Assembly (NCBI GenBank): GCA_964466585.1
Contig: CAYXSH010000004.1
Coordinates: 14,463 to 78,462 of the forward strand
DNA length: 64,000 nt
Direction of reading: 5' to 3'
Source of the DNA: an uncultured Syntrophorhabdus sp.
Lineage (GTDB): Bacteria > Desulfobacterota > Syntrophorhabdia > Syntrophorhabdales > Syntrophorhabdaceae
The translations under genes were made by a program, and so were the position numbers. The notes under the pieces were generated by a model. That model did no database searches, was not told where the DNA came from, and saw only the letters and a list, made by a program, of their open reading frames with translations. Below, in pieces: positions 63,425 to 64,000 of the stretch. Each line of letters opens with the position of its first letter. Positions within the stretch are counted from its first letter, which is position 1.

Positions 63425-64000
63425 ATGTTTGATGCGGATACTATAGTTATAGGTTCCGGCGCGGGGGGGCTGGCGGCGGCGCTGGCCCTGGCGCGGGCGG
63501 GTGAACGCGTGCTTGTCCTGGAGAGGCACACGGTGCCCGGCGGCCTGTGCCACAGTTTCCGGCGCGCCGGCCTGCGCTTCAGCCCCGGGGTCCATTATAT
63601 CGGCCAGCTAGGTCCGGGCGGTTCGCTTCGCAGGATCTATGAAGGTCTCGGTGTCGCTAACGACATGGCCTTCCACGAGATGAACCCCCTGGGATATGAG
63701 CACATCCGCATCGGGGACGAGACCTTTGACCTGCCCGCGGGCAGGGACGCCGTGCTGGAACGCTTCAGCAGGCGGTTTCCCCGCCAGGCCGGGGGGATAA
63801 GCGGTTATTTCAAACTTCTTGACCTCGTATGCAGGGAGATGGAACTGATACCCGAAACAAGGGGCTTTTTTGAATTTCTTACCATCCCGTACAGGACCCG
63901 GCACATGGGCCTCTTCGGGCTGCTCAGTCTCAGGGCCATCCTGCGCCACTACATATCCGACCCCCTGCTGCGGACATTCCTCTCCATACAGTGCGGCGAC
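63425..64000 (+). CDS. NAD(P)/FAD-dependent oxidoreductase, phytoene-desaturase (CrtI) family (3' end outside window)
   Basis: Not in the ORF track because it has no stop in the window. I translated it by hand: ATG at 63425 after AAGGAG, then 192 open codons to the window end, starting MFDADTIVIGSGAGGLAAALALARAGERVLVLERHTVPGG. Confidence 0.75.
   Translation, partial: MFDADTIVIGSGAGGLAAALALARAGERVLVLERHTVPGGLCHSFRRAGLRFSPGVHYIGQLGPGGSLRRIYEGLGVANDMAFHEMNPLGYEHIRIGDETFDLPAGRDAVLERFSRRFPRQAGGISGYFKLLDLVCREMELIPETRGFFEFLTIPYRTRHMGLFGLLSLRAILRHYISDPLLRTFLSIQCGD

Noticed and set aside
1-64000. tRNA, rRNA or other structured RNA genes
   Set aside because: No T-loop/acceptor-stem patterns or rRNA-like stretches were seen in the intergenic regions. 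All long non-coding stretches are explained by repeats, promoters or element copies. A covariance-model scan would be needed to be sure.

Overview
64-kb window from a fairly GC-rich (by eye) Gram-negative bacterium. Gene content (a 2-oxoacid:ferredoxin oxidoreductase subunit, several B12-radical-SAM enzymes, PAS/GGDEF/HD-GYP signalling) suggests an anaerobe; the taxon cannot be determined here. There are four blocks. (1) 1-7148: core genes (GlcD-like FAD oxidase, PAS-GGDEF-HD-GYP protein, adenine deaminase, a lone porG-like subunit, cysS). (2) 7197-13724: accessory stretch with a ParB-like protein, HTH proteins, a lytic transglycosylase and small secreted, glycine-rich and lipoprotein genes. 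(3) 13834-30355: visibly AT-richer island. It holds a zinc-ribbon-HTH-Panacea(DUF4065) antitoxin-like gene with a small partner ORF, and a minus-strand contact-dependent-inhibition operon (lipoprotein-cdiB-cdiA-cdiI). The operon is followed by orphan toxin/immunity cassettes, and every cassette boundary is occupied by a copy of one mobile-element family: one 1080-bp copy encoding an IS200/RAYT-like Y1 transposase with a DnaA-C-like HTH, three 322-bp internally deleted MITE-like copies, and two fragments. (4) 30813-64000: a multi-PAS hybrid histidine kinase, then a ~30-kb plus-strand, translationally coupled lipid/polyketide-type cluster. It encodes 4 ACPs, 4 KS, 2 CLF-like proteins, FabG, 2 hot-dog dehydratases, a thioesterase, PlsC- and LpxL-type acyltransferases, GT2, a LolA-like carrier, an MMPL exporter, an ABC exporter, a polysaccharide deacetylase, 2 CrtI-like flavoenzymes, 2 BtrH-like transferases, a methyltransferase and three consecutive B12-binding radical SAM enzymes. 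This looks like an aryl-polyene-type export/anchoring scaffold combined with radical-SAM/desaturase chemistry, with no aryl-starter genes visible. Its product is my best candidate for an undescribed system. The cluster also carries a tandem segmental duplication with gene-conversion tracts, and a 4.7-kb module flanked by ~200-bp inverted repeats. No rRNA, tRNA or CRISPR array was recognised.
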